A stretch of DNA of 64,000 bases from Lama glama (Eukaryota), in the NCBI GenBank assembly GCA_028534125.1, contig CM052817.1:106890001-106954000 (forward strand). The letters run 5' to 3'. Positions 36,555 through 47,401 of this stretch are shown here, in pieces. Under the pieces are notes generated by a model, which had not been told where the DNA came from, did no database searches, and worked only from the letters and a program-made list of their open reading frames with translations. Every line of letters starts with the position of its first letter. The first letter of the stretch is position 1. A program made the position numbers and the translations under genes.

Positions 36555-38187
36555 GACAGACAATTTGGAAATACTTTAATTGAGAATGAAAGTGATGCAG
36601 CTAAGAGTATTTACTAGAACTCAAGTTTGAGTTGGAGATAGGTATCTTTGTGTTGTTGGAAATACTAGCTCTCGGAAAGTGTGAATGATGAAAGAAAAGT
36701 GAAGAGCCAAAAGGAAGTAGCCAGAAAGACTAAAAGTGGGCTAAGGGAGTCCCTGCAGCTAACATGTGATCAGACAGCCAGACAGGAGGAGGCCGGGAGA
36801 CAAGAACGAGCCAAGCTCGGAGTGGGTTCAGGAGGGAACCATCCAGCACCAGGGGGCGGATCCAGGAGGTCGGGGGCAGAAGAAAAAGGATTATTTGTGC
36901 CAATGAAGGTGATTTTTTTCCCCCTTAAAAAAAAGTACTTTTAGAAATGAGGGAGTCACACACTGAGATATTTTACAAAGCCTCCAGTATTAATGGACGC
37001 TCTCAATTGCCTTATTTTGAACAACAAAGAGACATCAGGGAAGGTGGTACAGCTTGAAACCACCTCAATCAATGTTAGTTTTAATGTCCTGGACTGAACA
37101 GGGTCCATGAAAAAGGAAGCAATGAAACTGAACACAGATTTAATCCTTTATTTCATCTCCTGTAAGTGTGTGATGCTACTTTAATACAATCTTTTAAAAA
37201 TTGCTTTGAAAGCGATCTTTTAATTACACGGATAGATACTAACATATACAGGATGCGTGAAAACACCAGTTACACCAAAGCTACAGGAATGAACGGTGCT
37301 GATGTGGCATCCTACATAGACTGAAAAAGTGCTGCCTTCAAACAGCACGGACGGCCGTGAAGATGCTGTGATGCAGAAAACCGTTCCGGTTCATAAGAGT
37401 TCCAGTGATGACCAAGACACATATAAAAAGTGCAGAAAGTATCAGAACAAGATGTATTTCATGAATGGGGGCGGGTGCAGCATCTCTAACGTAATATTTT
37501 ATATTACATGACTTTATATACTTAACTATCATAAGAAGACTGGGCTATTTCATCTACACTCCTAAAGTTCATAAATTCAAAAAGGCCAAAAAACATGTGA
37601 CAGATTCTCTCTGGGAAAGCAGGGGACCACCTCCTCTACAGTTGGGCGCACCTACAGTTGGGCCAACAGGCTGTGTTTTGTGAAGAGGGAGGCGGGTGAA
37701 CTTCCGTATCAGTTTGACGTAAAAGAGGCCACAGAAGTCAGACAGCAGGGGACTTGGGACTAGGAGGAAATTAACAAGGCAGTGGACAAGAAATGTGGTT
37801 CCATTCATTTGTGATGTAGGGGCAGCACAGACACTTGGAAGAGGAAGTGTTAAGTAAAGGGAAAATGTCTTGCTCCTCCCCAGACTCAACAAATGGGACA
37901 TTTGTCCATCAGGAGGAACAGCCGGAGATGGAGCCTGTGAAGGACCCACCCGATCTCTGCCCAACTCGTGAGGACGGGTGCCCCTGGGCGGGGGTTGTCT
38001 CAGTTACCAACACCCTGTTTTGTCTAAGTAAACTCTTCACTGCAAGCTGTTTTTTTTTTTTTTAATGTCCTTCCTTTTACCAACTTTGTTTCCTTTTACA
38101 TATATACAGAGAAAAAAAACCAGAACATTTTATGAAAAATAATTTCGTACCATTTACATAAAGGGACTAAACTAGTAGATATACCAC

Positions 38188-38343
38188 TTTTTTGTTTGTT
38201 TTTTGTGGTTTTCCCTTGGAGTGGGGGAGGTCATTTGGTTTATTTATTTATTTTATGCTTACTTTTCATGGAGGTATTGGGGGTGGAACCCAGGATCTCG
38301 TGCATGCTAAGCACATGCTCGACCACTGAGCTCCACCCTCCCC
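38188..38343 (-). mobile_element. tRNA-Ala-derived SINE (intronic)
   Basis: Reverse-complement head and T-rich tail; imperfect flanking duplication ending cacttt. Confidence 0.88.
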
Positions 38344-38842
38344 ACCAGACATCACTTTTAGTAGGAAAGATGAAGCACGACTTGGCTCCTTAACATTCAG
38401 GAGTTGATGGTTATTTTCCTCCCAAGTTGCAGAATCAGTGATTTGACAAACGAGAATTCACCTCCAGACAAATCCTTTCACTTAAAAATATTTTGCCTAT
38501 GTTCCAGCAACTTTGATCATAAGGCCAAGCTAGCTGAAATAAGGCACAAGGGCAACTTCTGTACTCGCCAAAAATGGAACGTGTGGAAGCACAGTCTCCC
38601 CAGTTCATGCCTGCGCCCGCACCGTTACGACAAGATTAGATGAACGGTCCTTTCCACTGGGCAAAGTCAAGCTTAACTCACTGAGCAGTAATGTCCCATT
38701 AAAGGGTAACGATTGGGGGGGGGGGGACTAAGTTCCCGAGACAACATTACCGAGGACAGGACAGGACAGGATGGGACAAGGTTCCTCATCCAAGAAGCCT
38801 GATGGTGAACAGCCCGAAGACAGCATGAACCTGGTCACCTAC

Positions 38843-39049
38843 CGAAAGGTGGGAGATCCTTCACGGGAACTTTCTTTCGAGAAGGGTAAAGGGACACGGC
38901 GGGGACCTGCAGGCCTTGGCTGATCTTCTGTGGTGGCTGCGGTGGCGGGGGCTGGGGCTGGGGCTGCGCCTTCTGCTGCGACCCAGCCCTCGGAGCCACT
39001 GGGGAGGTCTCAGATTTGACGGGCTTTTTGTCACCAGGATTCTTAGGCA
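38843..39049 (-). CDS. RAPGEF2: RAPGEF2 exon: (L)[20 protein letters not shown]...[11 protein letters not shown]
   Basis: Acceptor gatcag|TG, donor G|gtaggt; 207 nt; includes a Pro/Gln-rich stretch. Confidence 0.94.
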
Positions 39050-39639
39050 CTGATCACGGTTGGGTGTGAAAACAGAACAAGAGATTTAAGGAGTTAGTGG
39101 CTACACATGAGGTCATTTTAGGAATGCATAAACATCTTCTGTGGTGCAAATACTAAAATATGTACCTTTTTCCTGCTGCCTACCTAAAGGGCAGAAATGG
39201 GGGCGAGGGAAAACCCCTGTTACCCAAAAAAGGCATGACAAGACACAGATTCACTTTGTAAAACTCACCCTCTCAAAAGATGTTTGTACTATTAAGTACT
39301 GTGTTAAAAATACAAAATAGAAAAACATGGATAGTTCAACATATTATATGTATGTCTGCAAAAAAGCAAATATATGGTATTGTAACAGGAAAATTGTTAC
39401 ACGTTGTTTTTCTAAAATGGCACCCAAAATTCCTCGACCAAAATCCCTTATATATATTATGAGCTTAGGTTTAGTTTAATAAGTGACATTGGCTGCGATC
39501 TTTTTTCTCTCAAATTCTCTCTCCTATGAGGTAGAATAAACCACGTTGCCAACAGCAGCCAGTACTGCTTGGGTTTTATACCGAGTGTCTAATTCCAGGG
39601 CAGAGAGAAGGCAGAACAATTTAACAGGGCAATTAAATG

Positions 39640-39830
39640 CTGTGTTTTAAGTGTATTAATATTCCCAACCACCCCATGATGTATCATACTTCCTTCAATT
39701 TACATGTAAAGCAGCTGAGGTTCGGGGAGCTCAGTGACCTGCCCAAGGCGACACTGTTAGTAAGAGGAACACAGGGTTTGCGTTCAGACCAGGCTGACTC
39801 TGGAGGACAAGCTCCTCACTCTCTGTCGCA
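39640..39830. mobile_element. MIR SINE
   Basis: ctgaggttcggggagctcagtgacctgcccaagg core. Confidence 0.65.
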
Positions 39831-40009
39831 GAGGTTTTATTAAAGTTTCCTGGGCAAGTCTACTGACTCGAATCTCACAGCGTCCGACACTGACCCTCCA
39901 GCGAGGTGGTACCTTCCAACCTGCCCACAGAAGCCCCCCAAGTGTCCTGCCTGGAAAACGCCTCCGTCTTACAAATTCCGATGCCGAGAAAGAGAAAACA
40001 GCCCCATTT

Positions 40010-40670
40010 CGGGCCTGGCCAGGCGGTTAAGGCGGGTGGGGGAGGGCTACCAACGGGCGGCGCCGTGCTCACTGCGGGGCAGTCACTGCGGGTGCGCGGG
40101 CGCTGGGGGTCGGGGGCTCCTGCGCACCCGGTTCCGCGCCGCTCCCAGCCTGTCCATCACCTGAGAAGTGGGAGCTGCATCACCTGTGTCCCCGGCCTGC
40201 GCTCTGGCTGCAAGGGGAGGAAATAAAGCCGGTTCCCGCCCCCACGCTAACCCCGAGGTGGGGGCAGGACCCTGCCGCTCGGTTCAGGATGCGGCGCGGC
40301 GGGGGGGGAAAGGGGGCGTGCTCCCCGGGCCCCCCGGGCCCCCCCGCCCCGGCGGCTCGGAGGAGACACTCACACGTGCTGGTGGCCGGCTCGCACTGCA
40401 GGGACAGTGTCTGAAGACTCTCCTCGTCCATGTCCAGCTCCAGATCGGACAGGTACTGCTTCACTTTCCGAGCCATCTGGGCGTCCTCGTACAGCTTCTT
40501 GGCGTTGAGGAAGGAGCTGCGGCGCACCCGCTTTTTGTGGCCGCCGGTCGGAGCCACGTCCAGCACCGCCGCACTTGTGCTGCCCTGGCTCAGGGACCTG
40601 GAAGGCGGAGGGCAGGGATGCGGCTCGCTCTGGCCGGGGCTCACGGACCCGCTCCAGACGCGCCGCGACC
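40010..40670. promoter_or_regulatory. Intragenic CpG island over exon 40374-40597 and its downstream intron
   Basis: Dense CpG/GC sequence with G/C runs (judged by eye). Confidence 0.6.
40374..40597 (-). CDS. RAPGEF2: RAPGEF2 exon: [38 protein letters not shown]...CEPATST
   Basis: Acceptor ttccag|G, donor T|gtgagt; 224 nt. Confidence 0.95.
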
Positions 40671-41652
40671 TCTAGCAAGAGTCTATGTGCAAAAAGGTCA
40701 CAGGCCTCATTCTGGTAAGTAAACTGTTGCAAAGGAACATTGCATAATGTAGATTCACATTTTTTAAGTTTAAAGAGATTCATATATACACTATAAAAAA
40801 AAATATATGTTTGGCCCCTGTTGGGTTTCAACTAGAAAATTCTGTGTGTCACCTCTTCAGAGGAGGGTTCAAGGCAGCTCCCTCGCTGAGGCCAGCGAGT
40901 CATAATGATGACACATAAAAGCTCATGCAGGAATAATACACAGTCACAATCATGAAGAGTGACACTGAACTTATTTCTCCTAAAGAGGACGTTTTACATC
41001 AATTTAGGTAAATTTAGCCACAAGGTTCACAATGGTTTTCTTATCACTTGGGTTAAATGTAGTGAGTTTTTTAAGTGACAGGGTCAATCTGTTAATAAGA
41101 TGCTCATGCAAATGTAAAAACATCTGTATAGAAACTAGCACATGAGTTGTTAAGAATTATTTTTTTTTTAAAGAATTGGTTTATAGTATGAAAACAGTAG
41201 TTAGTTGAGCTGTAAAAATTTTTAGTTTTTAAGACCTCGGGGCACCTTCTGCATATATCTACTCCTCAGGGATCTGTGCAACAGTATTTAAGTTGCACAG
41301 TTTTTCCTTCTAACCTCCTTCCTCCCCTCATCCCGTGTTAGACTTTTTCCTTTTCAAGACACACAAATTATATTAAAATACAGTCTTTCTGAAAGCTCAG
41401 AGGGATGCCTGGCCTACAGTCACCCGGAACAATCATCGATCGTTTCGCAGCTCCCGTGGGTCAGAACCTCAAAAGTGAAAGCCCCAGGAGATTACACATG
41501 AAGTCAGTTTGAAACTGAAATTCTGCAAGAGCCAGAGGGTTAGGAAAAAAAAAATGCAAAAGTGCAAAGCATCAGAAAACACAGCAGGTAAGAAAACGAG
41601 GCACATGGGGGACGCGAAGTGGGCGCGGGTGCGCGGGGTCTCCACCACTTAC

Positions 41653-41676
41653 CCCAGACTCCTCCACTTCTTCTTC
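41653..41676 (-). CDS. RAPGEF2: RAPGEF2 24-nt microexon: (R)KKKWRSL(G)
   Basis: cttacag|GAAGAAGAAGTGGAGGAGTCTGGG|gtaagt; symmetric phase 2-2; matches RKKKWRSLG in the RAPGEF2 protein as recalled. Confidence 0.9.
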
Positions 41677-42265
41677 CTGTAAGTGAGAGCCGTGGAGATT
41701 GAAGCGTGGATGTAGAGAGAGAGAGACAGAAAGATCACAAGCTCAGAAGGAAAGGACTAGACTTCCGGGTAAGCAGTCCTCGCAGCCCACACACATCAGT
41801 CGCCTCACACACACCACCTGACCAGCGATGTTTTTCTGGCTCAAAAGACAAATGCGTCTGAATCATTTGTTGTAAAAACCCCTTCCCGGAGTTAATCGTT
41901 CTGGACTGCACGGACAGCGAAACCCACCGTGTAGCGGGCCAGACCACACTGTAGGGGTTATTTACGCATTTTAGTTCAGACTGTCGGTGATGAGCTTAAG
42001 CTATGCACGTCTGAAAAAGGAGGAATGGCTGTGCCTCGCCTTAGATGAAAGGTGTCTGAAGGGCAGACTGTTTCTCAGCAGCCAGAAGTGCCCTCGAAGC
42101 GGGCTAAGGCGTTCACGCTGAGTCAGAGCTCGGGGGTGGTGCTCTGCAGGGCCTAAGGAGCCTCGCCAGCTACGGATATAAGTGTCCACAGTTTCCTTGT
42201 CTGTCAGGAAGCTCTAGCCCAACCTTCCCCAACCCCGCAAGCGCTGCTGAGGACCATACACTCAC

Positions 42266-42389
42266 CGGGTCCTGAACATGAGGGCGGGATCCATGTTAAC
42301 CGAGGCCATGCGGCCCACATGACGGATCTCTTTCGCAATCATTCTGAGCTTCTCGAAATTGACCAGCCCCTCAACCTTCGAGTCGTTTC
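42266..42389 (-). CDS. RAPGEF2: RAPGEF2 exon (GEF): (G)[40 protein letters not shown](R)
   Basis: Acceptor tttcag|GA, donor CG|gtgagt; 124 nt; 91-nt upstream intron. Confidence 0.95.
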
Positions 42390-42480
42390 CTGAAATTGGC
42401 AAAGAAGGAAAAGGGAGTCACGTGGCCTGTATGCTCCGCTTCCACCAGTGGGGCCCGAGGTCCTGCACTCTGAGTTTTAC

Positions 42481-42692
42481 CTTCGTGAAGGAAGGTCAGA
42501 TCCTTCTTGATCACTGGGAACAGGGGGATGATGGGAGGTTGGAGGTTTTGGCTGTTGAGGACATTGCGGTATTTCGCCATGTTTCTGGAAGGATCAAACA
42601 GGTCTTGGAGATCCTGGAACAGCTTTTCGTACTTGTTGGGAAGTTTTTCCCATGTAGTTCGTAGTCTTGCCACTGGTGCCAGGTTTAGGCCG
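42481..42692 (-). CDS. RAPGEF2: RAPGEF2 exon (GEF): [16 protein letters not shown]...[17 protein letters not shown]
   Basis: Acceptor gctcag|C, donor G|gtaaaa; 212 nt. Confidence 0.95.
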
Positions 42693-42856
42693 CTGAGCAG
42701 AAAAAAAAAGAAAAGTGGTGTGAAGTTAAACAACTCATCCTTAGGAAATGAAGGGAGTAAAGTCGTGTGCTGTCTATTAACATAGAACACCTCTGTGTGT
42801 GCCTTGTGTACTCGGCAGGTCACAGGATGCTTAAGAAACGATGAATAATTCTGGGT

Positions 42857-43009
42857 TAAAAGGACTTACTGTACAGCACAGGGTTTTACAAAATCTTGTA
42901 AAAACCTATAATGAGAAAGAACCTGAAAAATAATATATTTATATATAACTGACTCACTTTGCTGTACACCTGAAATACTGTATATCAACTAGACTTCAAT
43001 TAAAAACAT
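42857..43009 (+). mobile_element. 5'-truncated L1 with 13-bp TSD
   Basis: TSD aataattctgggt at 42844-42856 and 43010-43022; L1 3'UTR sequence between them. Confidence 0.85.
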
Positions 43010-43623
43010 AATAATTCTGGGTGATGAGAATTGAAGATAGAAGACAGACAGGGACGAGGGACCTTACTCATCCTCCCTTTACAACCTTCTGGTCTGTTTA
43101 TTGTGAGCAAAACAACCAGAAGTTGAGGTGTCGTGAGGGCAGGATTTAACCCCGTTGCTTTGTCTCCACACACAGAGATGCTCCTGGCACAAAGCAGGCG
43201 TTTGATAAAACGGACCAGCCAGATACCTTACAGTCATGACATAAAGCAAAAGCCTTAAGAACAATAAGGGTATGATCAAACTCCCAGACAGAAAAAACGA
43301 CTGACTCAATTAATTATTAATCACTCATCACCATCACCATCAGCATTGCTAATTGTTTCCGTCTGTGTTTCCTTCCAGCTGCAACTGCAACACTTAGAGA
43401 AGAATAAAATTAACGTTTAACACTGGGTGTCTGCTGCTTTGTGCTGGCTGATGGGATCCCACATACATTCTCTCACTCAGTCTGCTTGATAGTTCATGGG
43501 GTCATTGTTATTATATTGAGAAATAAACTGACATTCACAGGAGTTCAAATAATTTGCCTGAAGTCACAGAGCTGAAAAAGTGGTGAATGTAATGTTCTGG
43601 GCTCCAAATCAGCATGCAAGAAA

Positions 43624-43804
43624 TTTTATTTTTTGTTTTTATTTTTAAATTTTAAAAAAATTTTATGTATTGTTTGTTTGTTTTTGTTTGGGGGGAGGTA
43701 ATTAGGTTCATTTAGTTACTTACTTTAATGGAGGTACTGGGGATTGAACCCAGGACCTCATGCATGCTTAGCATGCTCTCTACCGCTGAGCTATACCCTC
43801 CCCC
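43624..43804 (-). mobile_element. tRNA-Ala-derived SINE with intact A and B boxes
   Basis: Minus strand reads GGGGGAGGGTATAGCTCAGCGGTAGAGAGCATGCTAAGCATGCATGAGGTCCTGGGTTCAATCCCCAGTACCTCCA followed by a tail. Confidence 0.9.
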
Positions 43805-44079
43805 AACCAGAGATTTTAAATGAAGGATGGAGATTGGGGTTCAGAGAAAAAGAATGGTTCAATATGATTCGATTAAAAACGACTACGCTCGTACAAATGA
43901 TATGGTTTTCCTGGATTTCTCTATTTTTTTCACACTTCTTTAAAAATTATTTTTTAATCCAGATTCCCAAATCTATCCTATTTCACTTTTTTTTTTTTTT
44001 TGCAGGGGGAGGCAATTGATTTCTCCTTGTTTTTAATCTGCAAACGGAATTGAGTCTTATGACAAGCAGGCGCTCCTAC

Positions 44080-44463
44080 CTGATGATGGCAAACATCGAG
44101 TTGAAATTCTTGCACTCCCTGCAGTGCAGCGCTATCTTGATGAAATGCTTAATGATTTTCATCCTTTTCAGCTGGTTCGTCTCTCGCAGAATTTCAGATG
44201 CCACCCAGAACGTTTCCTGGTTAATGACTTCTTCAAATTTCTTCAGGTTGGCACAGCTGGTTTTGGACCTGAGCTTAAATAAATCGTCAATGTACTCAGT
44301 AGGCTCGATGTTGCGGAAGAGCTCAAAATTCCGCATGGAGAGCTGCGTGGCCACTTCCACGGTACTGAGCTGCAGCAGCGAGATCTGACTCTCCCTCAGC
44401 AGCTCCTGGGCGTCTTCATCCGAACACAGCGTTTCTGTCTCCATGTTGTTTTTCAAGTAGTAC
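44080..44463 (-). CDS. RAPGEF2: RAPGEF2 exon (RA end, CDC25-GEF start): [13 protein letters not shown]...[10 protein letters not shown](S)
   Basis: Acceptor ccccag|G, donor AG|gtagga; 384 nt. Confidence 0.95.
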
Positions 44464-46380
44464 CTGGGGAAACAGGATTCAGAGGCTAAGCAGCCGTCTC
44501 CGGGCATTCCTTGAAGCAATGATGCTACCTCCAGAAGGTTTGTGAGAACGCTCAAGCGGACGATGGAAGGACCCCGTCCGACAGACAGAGAAGGCAGTGG
44601 CCGCCCAGTCACCAGACCACACGACCCCGTCCAGAGTTGTGGACGGAAACTCACACGTCACACCAATTTCACCGGCACCAGCTACAGTCCATTTGCTCCT
44701 GTCTTTCTTTCCCTGCCTTCTAGATTATTTTGTCTTTTTCTTTTTGCCCGAAGTGACAGCTCAATTTAAATGATCAGCTTAAATAAGGAAATAGGCTCTC
44801 AGGAAGGAAGTGGGAGAGATTCGACACGGGTCATCAGTTTCCCCAGAGAGATGCGTGACCTGAGACTACTGATCAGTCCAGGTTTACCGATTTATTCAAA
44901 TACCAAAGAAACCTGGAAGCTGCTTCCCTCTCTCTGATCCAATGAGTAGAACAGCCCCAAAACAGATCTCAACTTTCAAATATCTGACTTTCACAAAAAC
45001 CTTACTAGTTAAGTGGGGCAGGTCTGATTCCTCCGTCCGATGAGGAAACAGAGTCTCCCAAAGATTAACGCCAGCCGTCGAGACGAGAACTGAGTCAGGA
45101 TTCCTGTCTTTTTGTAAGCAACTTGCTGAAAACAGAATCCAGATGTTTGCCCTGTGATTTGTGTTTTTTTTTTTTTGATTTTGTAGAAAGATGCTTTCCT
45201 TAAGCCAAATTCCATAAAGGAAGAAACGGCACCAGTGTGGTGGGTGTCCTGCCAAACTGGCCTTTTGCGTATTTTGCCAAAGCCAACAGGTCAGAAAACT
45301 CACACCGGGGGGCCTGGTCACTCACGGATTTAACTCTCTCAGTTCTGATGACTCAAGAGGCCCGTGAGGGGTATCCGCTTCTAATTTTCCTGAGTAATGA
45401 CTGTGAATCATGAATCTGCCCCCTCAGTGGAGATCTGGAGAACGCCATCATGACCACAGGTCTACCAGTGCACATAAAACCGAGAAGAACTGACCTAAAC
45501 CAGCACCACCTGCTCATGTCGGGGCTGGAATGAGGCAAGAGCAAAGAAGAGTGAGGAAGTCATGGCTGGGGGAAGGAAAACAGATGTTCTGGATGGGCTG
45601 AATCAGGTTCAGGTGTGTAACATGGAAAAGTCAAGTATAAAATGAAACATTCCACATGGCGAGAAAAAATGTGATTTCCAAAAACACTTCATTTTCAGGA
45701 AGTGTAGAAGCTCATCACTGTATGAGAGCCACACCTAACTACTTTTTCAACTTTCTCTAATTTGTGATTTGAGGATACAAATGACATCTCTCTGTGGAAA
45801 CACCAATCAAGAGGCTGACAAAGTTAGAGGTGATGTTTTCCTGCAGGTATGTGTGACCCGAGCACTGAGGCAGCAGAGGGCTGAGCTCGGAAGCAGCTGA
45901 GGTTTGGCTCCAGAGTTAAGAAGTGTTGTTCAGGGCGTCCTGAACAGTGACAGGCAGTGTAGCCAGGCTCGCCGTCCCACATGTCCCCGCCTGGACACGC
46001 AGAGCTCCCGGAGAGCCAGGCAGGCAGGAGCAAATGCCAGAGGACATTACTGGGAGACGCCTTTGTGGATAAGCATCTCCATGGAGAAGGGGCACCTGGC
46101 TCCCTCCGCCTTGGCCAGCCTGTGTCCTGACTGGGACGGCACTTCGGTCCCACTGCCCCGGTTCTGCCCTTGTTTTGAACAAGTTCCTAAGAGACCCTTG
46201 CAAGAGTCAACAATCTACTGTGTGCATTTCCTTCGAGATGGCAATTCTCAGGGAATGGGGGAAGCCTTCTTTTTAATCTGCAAGGGTCCTTCTCTTAAAC
46301 ACCCTTTGACAGTGGTCCCCAGACCCTGACATGGGTCTGAAATGCGGGTAAAGCAATCCAGCAGGAGGGAGAGTGTGTAC

Positions 46381-46621
46381 CTTCCACTCAGCTGTATTCT
46401 GTCGGCAAGTTTGGAGAGCTGGTCTGGGAGTCTGCGCTGCTTGATGACCCCCTCGGGGGTGACGGAGACCTCACAGAGCGAGTACTGGTCCGGAGTGGCG
46501 GTCACTGCGAACTCCCGGATGGCCTGCACCACCACCTCCTTCGCCGTGGTGTCCTTGCTGATCATGAGGTACCGGCTTTGCTGGTCGGCCTTGAACACCC
46601 TCAGCACTTGATCTGGCAGGT
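46381..46621 (-). CDS. RAPGEF2: RAPGEF2 exon (Ras-association domain): (D)[17 protein letters not shown]...DRIQLSG(R)
   Basis: Acceptor ccccag|AC, donor AG|gtacac; 241 nt. Confidence 0.95.
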
Positions 46622-47243
46622 CTGGGGGAGAAAAGCCGCACGTCAGGGGGAAGGACTGCAGCGCATGCTCATACAGTCAGGCGGAGTCAAACTGAAAAAC
46701 ATCTCCTTCGAAAAGATAATGCTGAACTTGTCTCTCTGCTTTCTTTAACCCTTCTTCAGAGCCCACCAGTCAGCACAGTGATCCGCTGTGTGAATGCAAC
46801 GGTCCCCCTAGAAAACTGAACTGGCCACAGACCTAGGCAAGCAGATGATAGCACAATGGCCCCGCTTAAGGTTGGCACGTTGGCAGCAAAAAATGATCCA
46901 GTTAAATCTCAAGTCCACCTTGGTAATACTGACGAGCCCATGAAGTTGACCTAACATGCCCCCTCCTCTTTATTTGACATGACCTCGCCATGCCTACCTG
47001 GTACGGGTTAAATTCCCTTTATGAAAGTGGACACAAAGTCAGAGAGATTAACTTGCTCATGGTCGTGTCAAATTAGCCCGAAGAATAAAAGAGCACCAGT
47101 TTCAATGGTTTAAAATTTAAGTTTATCCTGACTTTTTTGCATCCCATGTGGTCCATGCCAAACCAAGGGAGATGCATACAGCGTCACTGGTATGTTAGGG
47201 AAAACTGAGACAAGAAGACAAAAGCAGCGTCGTCCGCGCTCAC

Positions 47244-47401
47244 CTGGAGTGGTGCTGAAGTCCAGGATGCGGTGGTGGGACTGCAGCAGGTCAGGGTTAC
47301 TGGACGACAGGGTCCCGCTGACGGGCAGAGCGGCCGGGATGTGCTTCGTCTGCCTCAGTCCCACTATGCTGTCATCCTGAGACTGACCGATCCCAATATC
47401 A
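47244..47401 (-). CDS. RAPGEF2: RAPGEF2 exon: [20 protein letters not shown]...[21 protein letters not shown]
   Basis: Acceptor gttcag|T, donor G|gtgagc; 158 nt. Confidence 0.95.

Noticed and set aside
40168..40831. Antisense 184-aa and alternative-frame 153-aa ORFs
   Set aside because: Shadow ORFs of a GC-rich exon and CpG island, with no independent support.
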